Source: Cirrosporium novae-zelandiae (taxonomy: Eukaryota). Taken from it: DNA of 64,000 nucleotides. The stretch spans positions 434,001 through 498,000 of the forward strand of contig JAPETS010000016.1 of NCBI GenBank assembly GCA_026023565.1, given 5' to 3'. Shown piece by piece: positions 14,181-27,477 of this stretch. How positions within the stretch are numbered: the first letter of the stretch is position 1; every line of letters starts with the position of its first letter. The notes beneath the pieces were generated by a model. It was not told the DNA's origin and did no database searches. It saw only the letters and a program-made list of their open reading frames with translations. A program made the translations under genes and the position numbers.

Positions 14181-16205
14181 ATGTTTTATTCGGCTATCAA
14201 ACCGTTTCGGCGGCGGAACTCTTATATTTTAGGGATATGGACCGTCCTGTGTACTTTCCTAGCCGCGACAGGGAGCGCAGACAAGACGGCAGCTGACTAC
14301 TACGTTAAATCTTTACCAGGAGCTCCGGATGGACCTTTGCTGAAGATGCATGCTGGGTAAGTCTCATTACAAATTTATTGCATGTCTGCTCACCACCCCT
14401 TTACAGACATATCGAGGTTAATCCGGACACTAACGGCCACCTATTCTTCTGGCACTTCCAAAATCGACATATCGCAAACCGACAAAGGACCGTTCTATGG
14501 TTAAATGGAGGTCCGGGTTGCAGTTCAGAGGATGGAGCGTTGATGGAGATTGGTCCATACCGAGTGAAAGATGAAAACCATTTGACATATAACGATGGTT
14601 CGTGGGATGAATTTGCGAATGTGCTATTCGTGGATAATCCAGTAGGGACTGGATTTAGCTACGTCAATACGGATTCATATATCCATGAATTGGATGAGAT
14701 GGCAGATCAATTCATTGTATTCCTGGAAAAGTGGTTTGATCTATTTCCTGAATATGCGAGAGACGACGTAAGTTTTACCCGTCATACCACTAAGCATTTC
14801 TAATTGAAAGTAGCTCTATATTGCAGGGGAATCATATGCTGGCCAACACATTCCTTATATCGCGAGAGCAATTCTAAAGCGCAACAAGGAAAAGGAGGAA
14901 AGTGCTAGATGGAAGCTAAATGGTCTACTGATCGGGAATGGATGGATATCTCCGGTTGAACAATACATGGCATATCTTACCTATGCCTATAAAGAAGGCA
15001 TGATCGAAAGAGATTCCAACGAGGCAAAGCAATTAGAGTCGCAACAGGCTATCTGCATCAAGGCTCTCGATGAAGCGGGAACTCCAACGCCAATCGACGT
15101 TTCGCAATGTGAAGCCATCCTCCAGGATGTTCTACGGTTGACAAAGACAAAGTCGAATCAATGCTACAACATGTATGATATTCGGCTTAAAGACTCGTAC
15201 CCAAGCTGCGGCATGAACTGGCCTCCCGACCTGACCTCTGTGACACCCTATCTTCGTCGGGAAGATGTTGTTCAGGCCCTTCATATCGATGCAGATAAGC
15301 GCAGTGGCTGGTCCGAGTGTTCAGGTGCTGTCGGCAGTGCTTTCACAGTCAGGAATTCGATCCCTTCGATCGACATCCTCCCAGATTTACTCAAGGAAGT
15401 TCCTATACTTCTCTTCTCTGGTGCAAAGGACTTTATTTGCAACCATATAGGCACTGAAGAGCTCATTCATAATATGAGATGGAATGGGGGAAAGGGATTT
15501 GAATTGTCTCCCGGTGTTTGGGCACCTCGTCGTGACTGGACTTTCGAAGGCGAACCAGCTGGTATCTACCAGGAGGCCCGTAATCTGACCTATGTTATGT
15601 TCTACAATTCTAGTCATATGGTGCCATTCGACTACCCACGGCGCTCACGGGACATGCTTGACCGGTTCATGAGAGTCGATATTGCTAGCATTGGCGGGAA
15701 ACCTGCAGATTCTCTCATTGATGGGGAGGAAGGCCTCCAAACCTCGGTGGGTGGTCATCCAAACAGCACGTATGCTCAAGAGGAAGCCGAAAAGAAACTT
15801 CTGGAGGCTACATGGGCAGCATACTACAAATCTGGAGAAATCGTTCTCGTGGTCGTGGCAATTGCTGCTGTAGCTTGGGGGTACTGGATCTGGCGTGGTC
15901 GTCGCAGAACTACGGGATATCAAGGCCTCTTTGGTGGGCCGCAAGCCAATCCACATGGTCGTCATGTATCATTTGGAGGCGTGTCTGCAAGCTACCACAG
16001 CAAGCGTTCAGCAGATCTTGAAGCTGGTGATTTCGATGAGGATACGGTGCTGCAAGATCTACATGTACAATCACCGCGAGATGCAGAAAGGCCAAATGGC
16101 AACGGAAAGGAATATCAAGATGATATGGAAGCTGATAGATACAGCATTGGGGGGATAAGCGATGAGGAGGATGGTCCAACGGCCAAACCAAGCGGAGCAA
16201 GATAA
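14181..16205 (+). CDS. KEX1: Pheromone-processing serine carboxypeptidase (S10 family)
   Basis: Signal peptide, [27 protein letters not shown] nucleophile motif, [10 protein letters not shown]-terminal TM helix and acidic cytosolic tail. Two introns (about 14357-14406 and 14768-14813). Confidence 0.95.
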
Positions 16206-17675
16206 AAAGCTAAAAGAGCGAGCTTTTATAAAGATTATTGTATTTCATGCTATTCATTCGTATGTTCTTAAAGGTTTGGGCGAGGCTGGAGCAGGTTGGT
16301 GGGAATATGGTTCGTTAGATGTATGGGTATCTGGCTAGATTTGGATTTGCTACAATTAGTGGCAGCTGTATAAATATGTTTCCCAAACGAGATAGCATCA
16401 ACTTTAACTGATAGAGTTGCCCAAGAGAGTATTGTGGCGGCAAGCAATTTTACTGGGAGAGTTGGTAATCCCCACGACAGAAAGGTTATTAATAAAGGTA
16501 GGAATGGATGAAGTATGTAGCGCCTCGGAAAAGAAGGAACCGTGCAGGAGAGATTCCGAAGGCAATTATCTTGTCGTCTTACCTACATGACCTTAGTGTA
16601 ATGCGGTGCGTGTTGAGAATCTTGCTCAGTACCGAGAGAAGTCTAAATAAAGCAATAGCCCAAGGTAAAGCATGAGACAACTGTGGGGGGGGTACGGTTA
16701 GTTGCTGGCTGGTAAGATACGAGGTGGGTGGTAGTAGTGGGAGTGGCGGGAGTATAGTTGGTAGTTGGTGGTAGTGGTGGTAGTATAGTTAATAGTGGTA
16801 GACTGGTCGTAGTGAGGCGAATGGATTGAGGAAGGATGGACGGGCATTAAGTCAATACATGTCAATACATGCCAATACAAACAGAATACAGGAGATGATT
16901 TCTGCATGTCCTACATTTTCTCCGGACTCTTGCATCTTTAATTTGTTTATTTGAAATAACCATCTGAATCTCCACTTCTCCCTTACTGTATTTGGAGCAG
17001 ACCATTTGACGGACCATACTCAAAGCTAAGCATAAAATAACGATAAACTACCCATTTTAAGGACAGGTGGATGGGTTAAGATGGATTAAGATGTCTCTAG
17101 GGATTTTCACAAGGATTAACAAGGATTACTGTTCTCTTTCTCTCATGATCAACCGAACCAGTCAAAACAATATCAATCAAGCCAAGACGCCTAAAAAGGG
17201 TAAATGTCTTTGATCTCAGAGTCATGGATATGATTTCTCTTGGAAATGTCTCGAACTTCACATTTCCACTCCACACCCCTAAACCAAAAAAGGTCACCGT
17301 GGAATACCTCTTCTCCAGACTTTGGCTTGAACTTTAGTTACTCAATATGCTTGCATGGGAGCTGTCAGGGTTCCCTATTTATCCCCGACATTCTCCTCTT
17401 TCCTTTTGTTTTTTTTTCTTTTATCTTTTCTTCCCTTCTGCATACCTTTAAAAAAGTCAGTCGTTTTCCAAAGATCCTTGAAAAGAAAAGAAGAAGAAAA
17501 CAAACGAACATTCCAATCGTTTAGTTTTTTTATTTGATCTTGATCTTTCATCTCATTCTTCAAAAAAACACATTCGCTCTAGGCCAATCTTAGGCTTTAA
17601 TATCCATTAAGTCTAAATATCTTTAATTTGATCCTCGTCAGACCAAACAAACACCAATAATTCCATCTATTCATC

Positions 17676-18730
17676 ATGCGTTTCGAGACTGTTATCCTTG
17701 CGGCCATTGCCTCGTTGGCTGCTGCTCAGACTACCACTACTACATCCGCCGCTAGCTCCACCACCACCAGTTCAAGCTGTGATGCTCAGAAGTGAGTTTT
17801 ACTCTATTTTATTTATATGTTATTGGGGAAGCCCTCTACATATGATGAACCGTTGAAACAAAAATCGCTGACCTCAACTCCGCAGCATTCTGGATGCTTG
17901 TCTTGATACCGAGAACGCCAGGCTTGACGATTGTGATGGCAATGACTATATTTGCCTGTGTGATAACTGGACAAATGTCTTGACGTATGTCAATCCTATG
18001 CTACTTAAAACCCGCTTTCTACCCTACACACATTACACACATAGATGATTGTATGGTGCTCTGAACTGAAGACCGTTGACGAGTCTTTTTGATCAAACAC
18101 AAACCGAGTCATTGGGAGTCCTCCATCATACAATAGAGGCTTCACTCTAGTCATCAATCTTGCCAATTGCCTTTCACTACTTCAGGTGCATAGGTCTAGG
18201 GTCAATTATGCTTTACCTAGAATCTTAGATGAACATGGGACTCAAGGGTACACACAAGAGCTTACCAACACAACATACTTTATGATTCCACCAACGCCCC
18301 TTGACAACTATGTCATGCATACCACGCAACCACCCCCTCTTCTCCTAACCCTCCTTACTCCCATCTCCCTATCCAAAAACCCCCAACTAACCACCCCCAT
18401 CACAGCTGCTATAACAACTGCCCGAATGACAGTGGTGCCTTCGCCGCCCAACAAGAAAAGACGCAAAACTGCAACGCCGCTTCCGCCTACGGCTCAACCT
18501 CTTCAACTCTAAACTACACCGTCACAGCCACAGGCACAGGCACGAAAACAACTGGATCTTCGGAAGCTACCACCACGGGCGTGTATACCGGATTTGCCAG
18601 CGAGAGCGGAAGCAGTGCCAGTTCGACCAACAGCGACTCCGGTGCTGCTGCGGCTGTTACTGGAGTTGCGAAGTTCGGTGTTGGGGCCGTAGGTGCGCTT
18701 GGGTTGGCGGTTGCTGGGCTTATGATGTGA
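17676..18730 (+). CDS. GPI-anchored Ser/Thr-rich protein with a small Cys-rich domain
   Basis: Exons 17676-17791, 17886-17984 and 18406-18730 give a signal peptide (MRFETVILAAIASLAAAQ), a Cys domain (CDAQNILDACL..CDGNDYICLCDNWTNVLTCYNNCPND..NC), an S/T stalk and a hydrophobic GPI signal (SGAAAAVTGVAKFGVGAVGALGLAVAGLMM). Confidence 0.9.
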
Positions 18731-19775
18731 GTGGAATGTGTGGAATGTGTGGAAAGCAAGGGAGGGGGTAGTGAAGAGGGAGAGAGACGTTTTTAGTTAT
18801 CATGCATGGTCTGGTGCAAAACATTGATGCTGGTGCTACTGTGTGTATGGGTGCGGGTGCATTACTCAATATACTACTTAATTAATCAATTAGTTTATGG
18901 GCGTGGTTTATATGTGATTAATGCCCCTCTTAGGTTACTGCTGCTTCTCAAAATACACCCCGATTCATCCTATCCAATTTGTCATTGATTGGTTGATTTT
19001 ATTGACCTCCCAACCTATCATTGTTGCTGTTGTTGCGATTGTTAAACGTGTCATGCGGGGACTGGACTGGCTGGATATGTATATGTATATCCATCTTAAA
19101 TCCATTCATTCAATTCATTCCTTCATCCCTTCCGCCTTTCGTACATCTACTGTACTTTCCCTAGCGTAGCGTTTCTCCCAACAAGTTATATATATATCCC
19201 ATATCCCATATATTATCTCCCGAACTTGAACATCCCATCCCATCCCATCCCAACTATACATACACGTCTGTCTGTCTGGTCTGTCAATGTTGGAAACTTA
19301 CTTGCATATATATGCATATATACCTATCTATCTGTCTGTCTGTCCGTCTGTCTGTACGCGATATAACATAACATAACCAATCAAAACAAAATTCAAATTC
19401 AAATCAATAAAACGCATCATTCTCGAATTTCATATTCCCAAGTCCCAAGTCTCAAGCTCCCAAGTTCCAAATCTCAAGTCCTAAGTCCAAGCCCATGCGC
19501 GTTACTTGGACATGACATGATGAAAAACCGAAACCAAAGCAAACCAAAGATTGGCTAAGCTAATCCAATCACAAAGACACGAAAAGCAAAAGCAAAAGCA
19601 AATAGAATCAGATTCTCTAGAACGCGACACAATGCATGGAACAACATAGCTCGCACCACATAGCTCAAAAAAAGGTGTAATCTAGTGGTCCGGACCAACA
19701 CCCTTCCCTAGAAAAAAACCCCCCGAACTTGGGGTCCAGCTATTCATTCTACCACTCATAACCATCCAATTCAAC

Positions 19776-22697
19776 TCAATTCGTATTCACAGCTGCCACG
19801 GCCGAATCATTCCCAGCCCTACTTCCAGCACCAACCCCCCTCTCAACCTCATCATAAACAGTTCCATGGGCCTTAAGGTCCTCCTCTCGAACCTTAGCTA
19901 GCACATCCACAACCTTGGCGACCTTCTCCCCAAGCTCGGCAAAGCCCGCATTCGCCAACACCTGAGATGCCGTGCTAGCGACCCTGACTCTATCCGAAGC
20001 GCTGCTTGCGGAAAGGCGGGTGATGACGTGGGTTCTTAGTCGAGAGAAGAGTACTTTGGCGACGGGATCGGTAAGTTGAGAGGTTTGGACCTGAGAGACG
20101 AGGCGGGAGATAAGGTATTGCAGTTGGGTTTTTGTCGTTGGTGGGAGCGAGTGCGTGGAGCTGATGATGGTGAGGAGCAACGAGCTAGGGTCGCTTGCTA
20201 CAGAGCTGGTGGGAGGTGAGCTTAGTGCGTCCCACATGCGCTCCGCTTCTGGTTTCCATTGACTTCTCACATCACGCTTGAGCAGATTCTTCGATGTCAA
20301 TAGGATTGAGGCAATGAGGACTATCCGAGTCACAGTCGTATGGATACCATGTAATCTCGTTAAATCCAGGTGGAGCGTCTCGGGGGAATTTTCATCATCC
20401 CAAGGGGTATTTGAAATGACGAGTTCACATAATGCCTGTGTGTATATCTGTGCAGACGTTGGAGTTGGGTTAGGATTAATGCCCTCCGGATCCCTCCTAC
20501 TAAGCTCCTCGACGAGTTTCGCCCTGGAATTCTTCCACCAGCGTTCCGTTCTCTCCAACGTAGTACGCCCGGTAGCAAGATCATCCGCAAAGAATACCTG
20601 TTCATACCGCGGTGCTTCGGGGATAAGTTTTGGAGCCGCGAGCTGGAGCATGAAGTTTGCGTAATCAAGACATATGGTATTTATAATCTTGAGCAGCTTA
20701 GCGAGACGGGTGACGACGTCACTAGTATCGACGGCAAACGCTTTGATCTCAGGATCGTGGACCGGTGCGCAGAGTTGAAGTAGGATTGTAGACATGAAAG
20801 AAAAGAATTTGTCATAGGAAAAACTGCCGACGCGGCATTGTTGTTCGATGACATCGGGGTCTAGAGTTTCAGATATAAGGGTGCACATGGATTTCCCTTC
20901 AGGGACAAGACGTAGCAACTGGTCGCGGATAACACGAGCCATAATTACGGTCCACATATCTCCTCTACCCTGGGCAATATCCTCTCGAAGCACTACGCAA
21001 AAGGTATCATAAACTTCCTTACTGACATCTCGGCGCGCTTCAATTTTAAACTCCTTATTAATGGCAAGTTCATGTACAAGGATTCGGTTGTCTGGGATGG
21101 TAGTAAGCATTTGCGTCAACCGCGTGTCATCGACAATTGGCCTGGCTAGTGGTATGCTGGCGGCTGCGTTTCCAGCTATCTGCTGGTCTGAAGATGCATC
21201 TTGATGTTTGGAAAGTGGCTTTAAATGAGAATTGACTTTGGCGGTCGTCTTTCCATCAGGAGGAGATAGAATCTGCTTTGCTACTGATGGCGAACTAGTT
21301 TCTCCTTCGGATACAGCTCTTGGCTTGACGTCGCGGACCTTGGTTCGAGATTTCGCACGTTTTATATTGCGGAGTGCCTGTTGAACCATTTTTAATGCCT
21401 CTTCAGATCCTGCTAGTCTCTTCATCCTGGTTAGAAGTAATGTCTGATTCATGCGGATGCCATCTCTGTATTCAGCAGCAACACCTCCTTCAGTGTCATT
21501 TTTTACTGTCTGCCAAATATTATGTAGGGAAATAAACTGATCGAGCATAATCTGCACCAACGCGCTTGAATCATGAGCTTTCCAAGCTTCAAAAGCGGTT
21601 GAAAAAGTAGTGTAAGATTCTGACAGCATCTCAAGCTGGTTTGTAAATGATGGATCATGAATATTACAGCTTTTCTGAACGGTATCGCGAAAAGCCGCCA
21701 GCAAGTGTCGTGCTTTAATAGCAAGGTCCTGCTCTTGTTCACCGTTGTGACTAAAGACATGGGATCCTTGCCCAAGAATTAAGAAAATGCTTAGAAATAC
21801 TCGAGCCGCAGCCTGATCCTGGGACTCGCTTTCACCGGTAGTTAGATTAAGCACCTTCAAAAGCCGAGTGGTAGTAGATAACACATGCTCCGAGGAAATG
21901 AGCTCGCCGACGTCATCAAAAGTCATCCGTTGGATTCGCTCAACACTCAAATCGAGGGTAAGATATTCTTTTAGGATCTTTTTCTTTTGATAGTTTCTCC
22001 ATGCCCTTTGAATCATACGAGCTGACGCAGGTTCGGAAAGCGGCCTCAAGTCGGAATTAACTACCTTTTTCTCAACGACTGGGGGAAGACTAGTATTACG
22101 TCTTCTCTTCGAGGTGCGTTGGTAAAGCAACCTCCTTCGCTCCGCTTCTGCAAATTTCTCTTCCAAGCCCTGCCTTAATTTTGCATTTTCGGCGGCTTTT
22201 TGTTCCTTCATTTCTTCTGCTATTTTCTTTGCTCGGCGTACTTCTTCTTCACACCTGGCGGTAATTTCCGCTAAGTATTTCTCTCTTGCCTGTTGTGCCA
22301 ATAATGCCTTCTCTTCAAAGTTTGACCGAGGTGCCGTTTTCGCCAGCGCAGCTCGCAAACGGACTTTCTCTGCATGAGCTGCTCTGTCTGCTAGTCGGGC
22401 CTTGCGACCCTCAAGGATGGATGCACGGCGCAGATGTTGTGCGACATGGTTGCTCTGTACGCCACTATGACAGGTTCGATTTGCCGAATGATGAGAGTGC
22501 AGTGACGAGATAGAACTGCGCCGAGATGAGACGGCAGCGGACTTTGTGCGGCGGTTGGTGGCAGAACGATAGAAGCGGGCGGCTAGTCGAGCAGGTGGAT
22601 CGGGTGTTTCTGAGTCTTCAGGAGGTGTTTGCCCATCATCGTTGTATTCGGGTCCATCAAGCATATCAATATCGTCGAGATGTGTTGATCGATGCAT
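19776..22697 (-). CDS. T-complex protein 11 (TCP11/Sok1) domain protein with an IQ-like motif
   Basis: 973-aa single ORF. N-terminal coiled coil, IQRAWR motif, and TCP11-type motifs LVHELAIN, LQLCAPVHD, LDYANF, PETLHLDLTRL. Confidence 0.85.
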   Translation of the reverse strand: MHRSTHLDDIDMLDGPEYNDDGQTPPEDSETPDPPARLAARFYRSATNRRTKSAAVSSRRSSISSLHSHHSANRTCHSGVQSNHVAQHLRRASILEGRKARLADRAAHAEKVRLRAALAKTAPRSNFEEKALLAQQAREKYLAEITARCEEEVRRAKKIAEEMKEQKAAENAKLRQGLEEKFAEAERRRLLYQRTSKRRRNTSLPPVVEKKVVNSDLRPLSEPASARMIQRAWRNYQKKKILKEYLTLDLSVERIQRMTFDDVGELISSEHVLSTTTRLLKVLNLTTGESESQDQAAARVFLSIFLILGQGSHVFSHNGEQEQDLAIKARHLLAAFRDTVQKSCNIHDPSFTNQLEMLSESYTTFSTAFEAWKAHDSSALVQIMLDQFISLHNIWQTVKNDTEGGVAAEYRDGIRMNQTLLLTRMKRLAGSEEALKMVQQALRNIKRAKSRTKVRDVKPRAVSEGETSSPSVAKQILSPPDGKTTAKVNSHLKPLSKHQDASSDQQIAGNAAASIPLARPIVDDTRLTQMLTTIPDNRILVHELAINKEFKIEARRDVSKEVYDTFCVVLREDIAQGRGDMWTVIMARVIRDQLLRLVPEGKSMCTLISETLDPDVIEQQCRVGSFSYDKFFSFMSTILLQLCAPVHDPEIKAFAVDTSDVVTRLAKLLKIINTICLDYANFMLQLAAPKLIPEAPRYEQVFFADDLATGRTTLERTERWWKNSRAKLVEELSRRDPEGINPNPTPTSAQIYTQALCELVISNTPWDDENSPETLHLDLTRLHGIHTTVTRIVLIASILLTSKNLLKRDVRSQWKPEAERMWDALSSPPTSSVASDPSSLLLTIISSTHSLPPTTKTQLQYLISRLVSQVQTSQLTDPVAKVLFSRLRTHVITRLSASSASDRVRVASTASQVLANAGFAELGEKVAKVVDVLAKVREEDLKAHGTVYDEVERGVGAGSRAGNDSAVAAVNTN

Positions 22698-23237
22698 GAT
22701 GAATAACCTTCCTGAGTGATCCTTGGATTTAAATGCTGTAGAGTGAATAAAGGTGGATTAAAAATCCATACGAAGGTTGAAGTCTGCAGGTAAAACGACA
22801 GACAAAGATAGCTTGTCGTCGAAATGATAGCTTCTTCCTGGTTGCGGTTGGATTCTATTGAAAGTGATGAGAACAAAGGTATTTGAAGGTCGGCTACAGG
22901 CGAACGAACAATATATTGTATTCACGAGAACCAGATAAACTAAGGTATCTTTGCTAGTTGGATATGAATATAAGTAAATAAAAAAAAGTGGGGGTTTTCT
23001 AGTTATATATTCTTGCTTTCAGTTTGCTTTCAGCTGTTGTAATAGGAAAGTAGAAAGCGGAAAGTGGGAGGCTGGTGGATAAGTAAGAAGGAGGAGAAGG
23101 TAGGTGGAGGAGGAGGAGAGTGAGATTGTAAGGATCTCCGGGTGATCTAGAGTGACGATGATACAGACCTACCTCTGTTGGTCGGTTGGTCGGCTGGTCG
23201 GTCGGTCGCAAATCTGTCGTTCCGTTCCTTCAAACAC

Positions 23238-23269
23238 TAACTTTGGTAACTTTGGTAACTTTGGTAACC
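23238..23269 (+). repeat. Short tandem repeat (AACTTTGGT, about 3.5 copies)
   Basis: taactttggtaactttggtaactttggtaacc. Confidence 0.8.
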
Positions 23270-24435
23270 TCGTTTACCAATCCAAATGTCAGAAGGTGCC
23301 AGAAGCCAAGCCTTTTGCTTTCTCATCTTTCCCATCCCCCGTCCTGCCCCGTTGACCTTTTTATTAATCCATGGCATCATGCAAACCATATCTCCTCGAT
23401 TTCTTCCATCTTTATCTTATCACTGAAATCATGTATATTCACACTTTTGCCTCCATCATCCTCGCCACAATCCACTCATTTCATCCATCTTTTACAATGA
23501 TTATATCGCACCAATCTACCGAGACCCTCCTGATCATAAAAGAAAAATCCCTCAGAACTGTTGTTTCATCATGCTTTAAGGAGTCAATCACCAAACTGGG
23601 GTTCAAACCCTGTCCTTGTGTTCTCGGCCTAGAGGCATGCATGCATGATCCCAACCTGGTAGAAAGTTAATAATCGTCAAACCATCGTCGCCATGCGGTT
23701 CAAAGAGATGCGGATGCGCTACTGCTAGCAACATGTCTATTTTTGAATCATCACCATCTTCAAGATCCCGCCGATCAAACGAAATCATCAAGGCTAGTGG
23801 AGCTACAGAATTCTATACATCAAATACTCGACAATGGCACACCAGGAACAATATACGTAGCGAAGGCTGGCTAGCCAATTGTAACAATACTAAAAAGTAT
23901 CTAGGTGTACTGCACAGAATCACAGAATCTCCACAAGAATCGAAGGACGAGACACCAAACAACGATCCTAAGCTCAAAAGAAGGTTGGTCATTGAAAACT
24001 TGACCACATAGCTTTGAATTGCCTCAAAATCTTATATTCATTTTCCTTGCAAGGAGCAAAAAAATTGGGTATCTGAATGTAGCCACAGAGGTAGACAACC
24101 AACGAGGTATTGTACGTGCATGTCCAAGCTCTGCCTGTCCATACCAAACTCCTTCCATGCTTTAAAGAGTCGTCATTGCATAACCGCTAATCCCGTGCCG
24201 TATCGCGAAGAATGGGACTGAGACCAACAGGACCCTTTGCCTGAAAGAGCCTCCTCAATTGGGGGCCTGCCGCAAGGTGATCGACACAATGCTAAATCAA
24301 GAATTGAACAAAAGAAAAGTAATATTTATCCCAAATCATCTATACCCAGGACTTCCAAGAATGTAATTATGTCCCTATTACCGGCCAGCGCGCCAAGGAA
24401 ACCTACTTAAGCAAGACTCTCGAAAGAGTCATCAC

Positions 24436-25435
24436 TTACCAACGACGATAATAACCAGTGGGAGCTGGGCCTCCGGAGACGGCACCGCTTCCGCTTGGCA
24501 TGAAGCCAGTAGGCTTGGCAATGGTCATGAAGGTGCTGCTGCACTTGCGCTTGGTGGAGGTGACAGCAGTGTCATTGGCGTAGGGGGCAACACTGGAAAC
24601 CAGAGTTGGGAGTGCACTTGATGAGGCACTCTCTACGATGGTGCTGGTGTAGACCTCGGTGCTGGTACCAACGTGGACGGTGACGGTGGTTGTGACATCA
24701 TCATCCTCAGTGGTGTAGGCTGCGATTTGGCTCTCTACTTGGGAGAACGAAGAAACAGCTGCAGTCGGGGTGACAGTCTAAGACAATTTGTCAGAAGGAG
24801 TTATCACATTATCCTGTCGAATTACTTACCACTGTGGTGGTTTCTTCCTCGGTAACGGTGACAGTTGTTCCAGCGGCGCATGAAGCAGCACTGGAAGCAA
24901 AGACATTAACAGCAGTGTTAACGCCAGCGGCGGAAGCTGAAGGAGTAACGGCATAGACAGTGATAGTCTCAGTCGTGGTGGAGGTCGATGAAATGGTGGT
25001 GGTGCCTTCAGGGTTGGCGGATGCAGCAGAGACATCTGCAACTGCGGCCTTGGTGGCATATACGGTCTGATATCACGTTAGAAGAATCTTGAGATGTAGG
25101 TAAATCAAACATACCACTGTCTCAACTGCGGTTGAAGTGTGTTGTACGGTGGTTGTGACAACGGTAGTTGAGGTTCCGGATCCAAGGGTATAGACCAAGG
25201 TGTTGTTCGTTACAAGGGTGGTGGTATATGTTGAAGCTACGGCACCACTTGCACCACTTGCATATGCGGCAGTTGCAGCAGCAACACCGCTAACAGCAGC
25301 GACTGAAGTCGGGTAGACTCCAGTGCCATTGAGAGCTCGATGGAATTGTTGGTGACCAAGGTGTTCATGTGTGGCCTGGCCAACGGCAGCCAAAGCTGCG
25401 ATGAAAGCAACGGAAAGCTTGCTGAAGGAGTACAT
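24436..25435 (-). CDS. Secreted Ser/Thr-rich cell-surface protein
   Basis: Signal peptide MYSFSKLSVAFIAALAAVGQA. Exons 25435-25115, 25066-24830 and 24777-24436. T/S/V-rich beta-type repeats; ends ...PTGYYRRW* with no evident GPI signal. Confidence 0.85.
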
Positions 25436-27477
25436 GGTGTTTTTTCTTTTCTATTTACTTCGTTTCGAGTTTGAGAGATAACTTAAATGTGTCGGTTCTT
25501 GCAAAGGGCGATGATGGTTGGACGGAATCTCAATTCAGATAGGTTGTTTTGATATTGGAGGGGGAAGATGGTTAATCGTATGCGATCGTGATGACTTGAG
25601 TAGTTGTGTAGTAGGAGTATGATGCGAAATCTATTCGCAGGTCGTATCTAAAAGAGTGACTGTAGTTTGAAAATGACACAAATCCAGCGGATAGCTGTAG
25701 AGAAAGATTGACAAGCACGGGGGATGGTGAGTCGTGGGGAGAAAAGGAAAGAAAAAAGAATGCGAGCTGGGGGAAGAAGTAGTTGATAAAAGGAGCGGTA
25801 AAACGAAGCCAACACTTTCTAGGGATTCTTAGGGAGATTTGTGGTCCCATGAATACTCAGGATACTCAGGCGATGATAGGCCTCTGCTGGCCAGTGTTGG
25901 TCAAGCGCCTGAACAACGGATAGGACAGCGGAGCCATATTCCATGCCGCAGCCAATCTCACGGGAAATGAGTTTATTACTCTTTGACATGGGTGGATAAG
26001 AATTGGGGACGTGGATATTGGTGGAGAGTTGTGAATGAGTGGACGGATGCAAGGTACCCTAATCATTTTATTGGACATATATTCCCTAGCCACATATTCC
26101 AAGCCCACGCTAAACCCACGCTACCTTAAACTAACCTACTCTAGGGACCCTGCGTCATCTCGGGCAGTTGAAAAAGAAAAAAATTACAACAAATTGAAGA
26201 TTCCCCCCCCTTCCCCTCCCTTCCAATTCATCCATTGAACGTGGCGGTCTCACTGTGAGCCTTGGAACTCTTTGGAACATTTATTAAAGAAAAGCTGAAC
26301 TTTCACTATATACAGGACGGTCACTGACAGTACTACAATTCAATCCCACCTCTCTTTGTTTGAGTTTGTTTTGTTAATTAGAATAATTTAAAATAAATCT
26401 CTCTTCTATTCCAAATTACGAGAACAAATTAAAAATCCGGCTTTATATTCATGTCGTCGTCGTAGTAGGATGGAGCCTCATTTCCGATACCAAATTGCCG
26501 AGGGCCCCCCAATTCCTCTTCGCTTCTCCTCCAACGGTTTGGCCTCCCTCCACAGAGCAATCAAAGCTTTCTAGTCCCAGACTAACCCAACAACACTAAC
26601 AATTGGAAAAAAAGTTTTTTGTCCTGAGACACCCCGCAAAATCTTGATAAAGCCGTTTCACTCGGAATCATCATCTCCTCCCTGGTAGTGATCTGTTGAA
26701 TACGAACAAGACAAAACTCCCCGTTGATGAAACTCTTAACTACCCTCGGTTCGCTTGTCAACCTTGAATCCTACAGTGGAAATCCTTTCATGTCAAGGTG
26801 CGCTTACTCCAAATCTTTTTGGTGTACAAGGTCATGGTGGTGGCACAATCTTCCCCTGAACTGAAGCTTCGGCGGATCTTATTCGCAAACAGGAATAGTT
26901 GCGTCTCATGTTAAGACGATCAACAAAGACCGACTCTCAACCTTTCTAACTGCCCACTTGGCTTCCATGGCCCCATGGGTCACCGCTGGCGGAAATTTCA
27001 AATGGTTGACATTAATATCACCAACTCCTATCTGCGTGTATCTCCTACGCAACACCACCAAGTATCCTGGTCTTACTTCTACATCTGGTAACTTGATATA
27101 TCTATCTGTACTTGAGACATTTTCTTTAGCCTTTACTACCTTAAGCAACACTTTATCCTTAAATTGAGCTTCCTTAAAGCTCCTGTGCCCACTTCCCAGT
27201 CTTCCCAGCCCCTTCAGTGTTATCACCCCCTTCCAGGGCGAACGAGGTGCAATATCCCTGTAAGCGAAGGATTCTTCTTGGCGCACCTGAAGGCAATGAT
27301 AGGGCTGCACCACCGCGTTGCACAATTAGAATACTGCAGGTCATGTTGTACATATCATGTTTTAATTCGGCACCCAAAAACCATGCGGTTGATCCTCCGC
27401 TGTAGGAAGCCGTCAACTCCTACCCTTTCCTTACGCCTTGCAGCCAATCCCGGATATGCATCGTTCCAATATTCCAA

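Noticed and set aside
17842..17872. ATGATGA...CTGA (box C/D-like) in intron 1 of the GPI gene
   Set aside because: Only about 30 nt apart, and the CTGAC is the branch point.
18066..18090. CTGAAGA followed by a small stem, resembling a hammerhead core
   Set aside because: No GAAA after stem II and no stems I/III.
26906..27325. 139-aa minus-strand ORF downstream of PRP21
   Set aside because: Non-ATG start, no recognisable motif or convincing splice structure; a decayed gene cannot be excluded without blastx.
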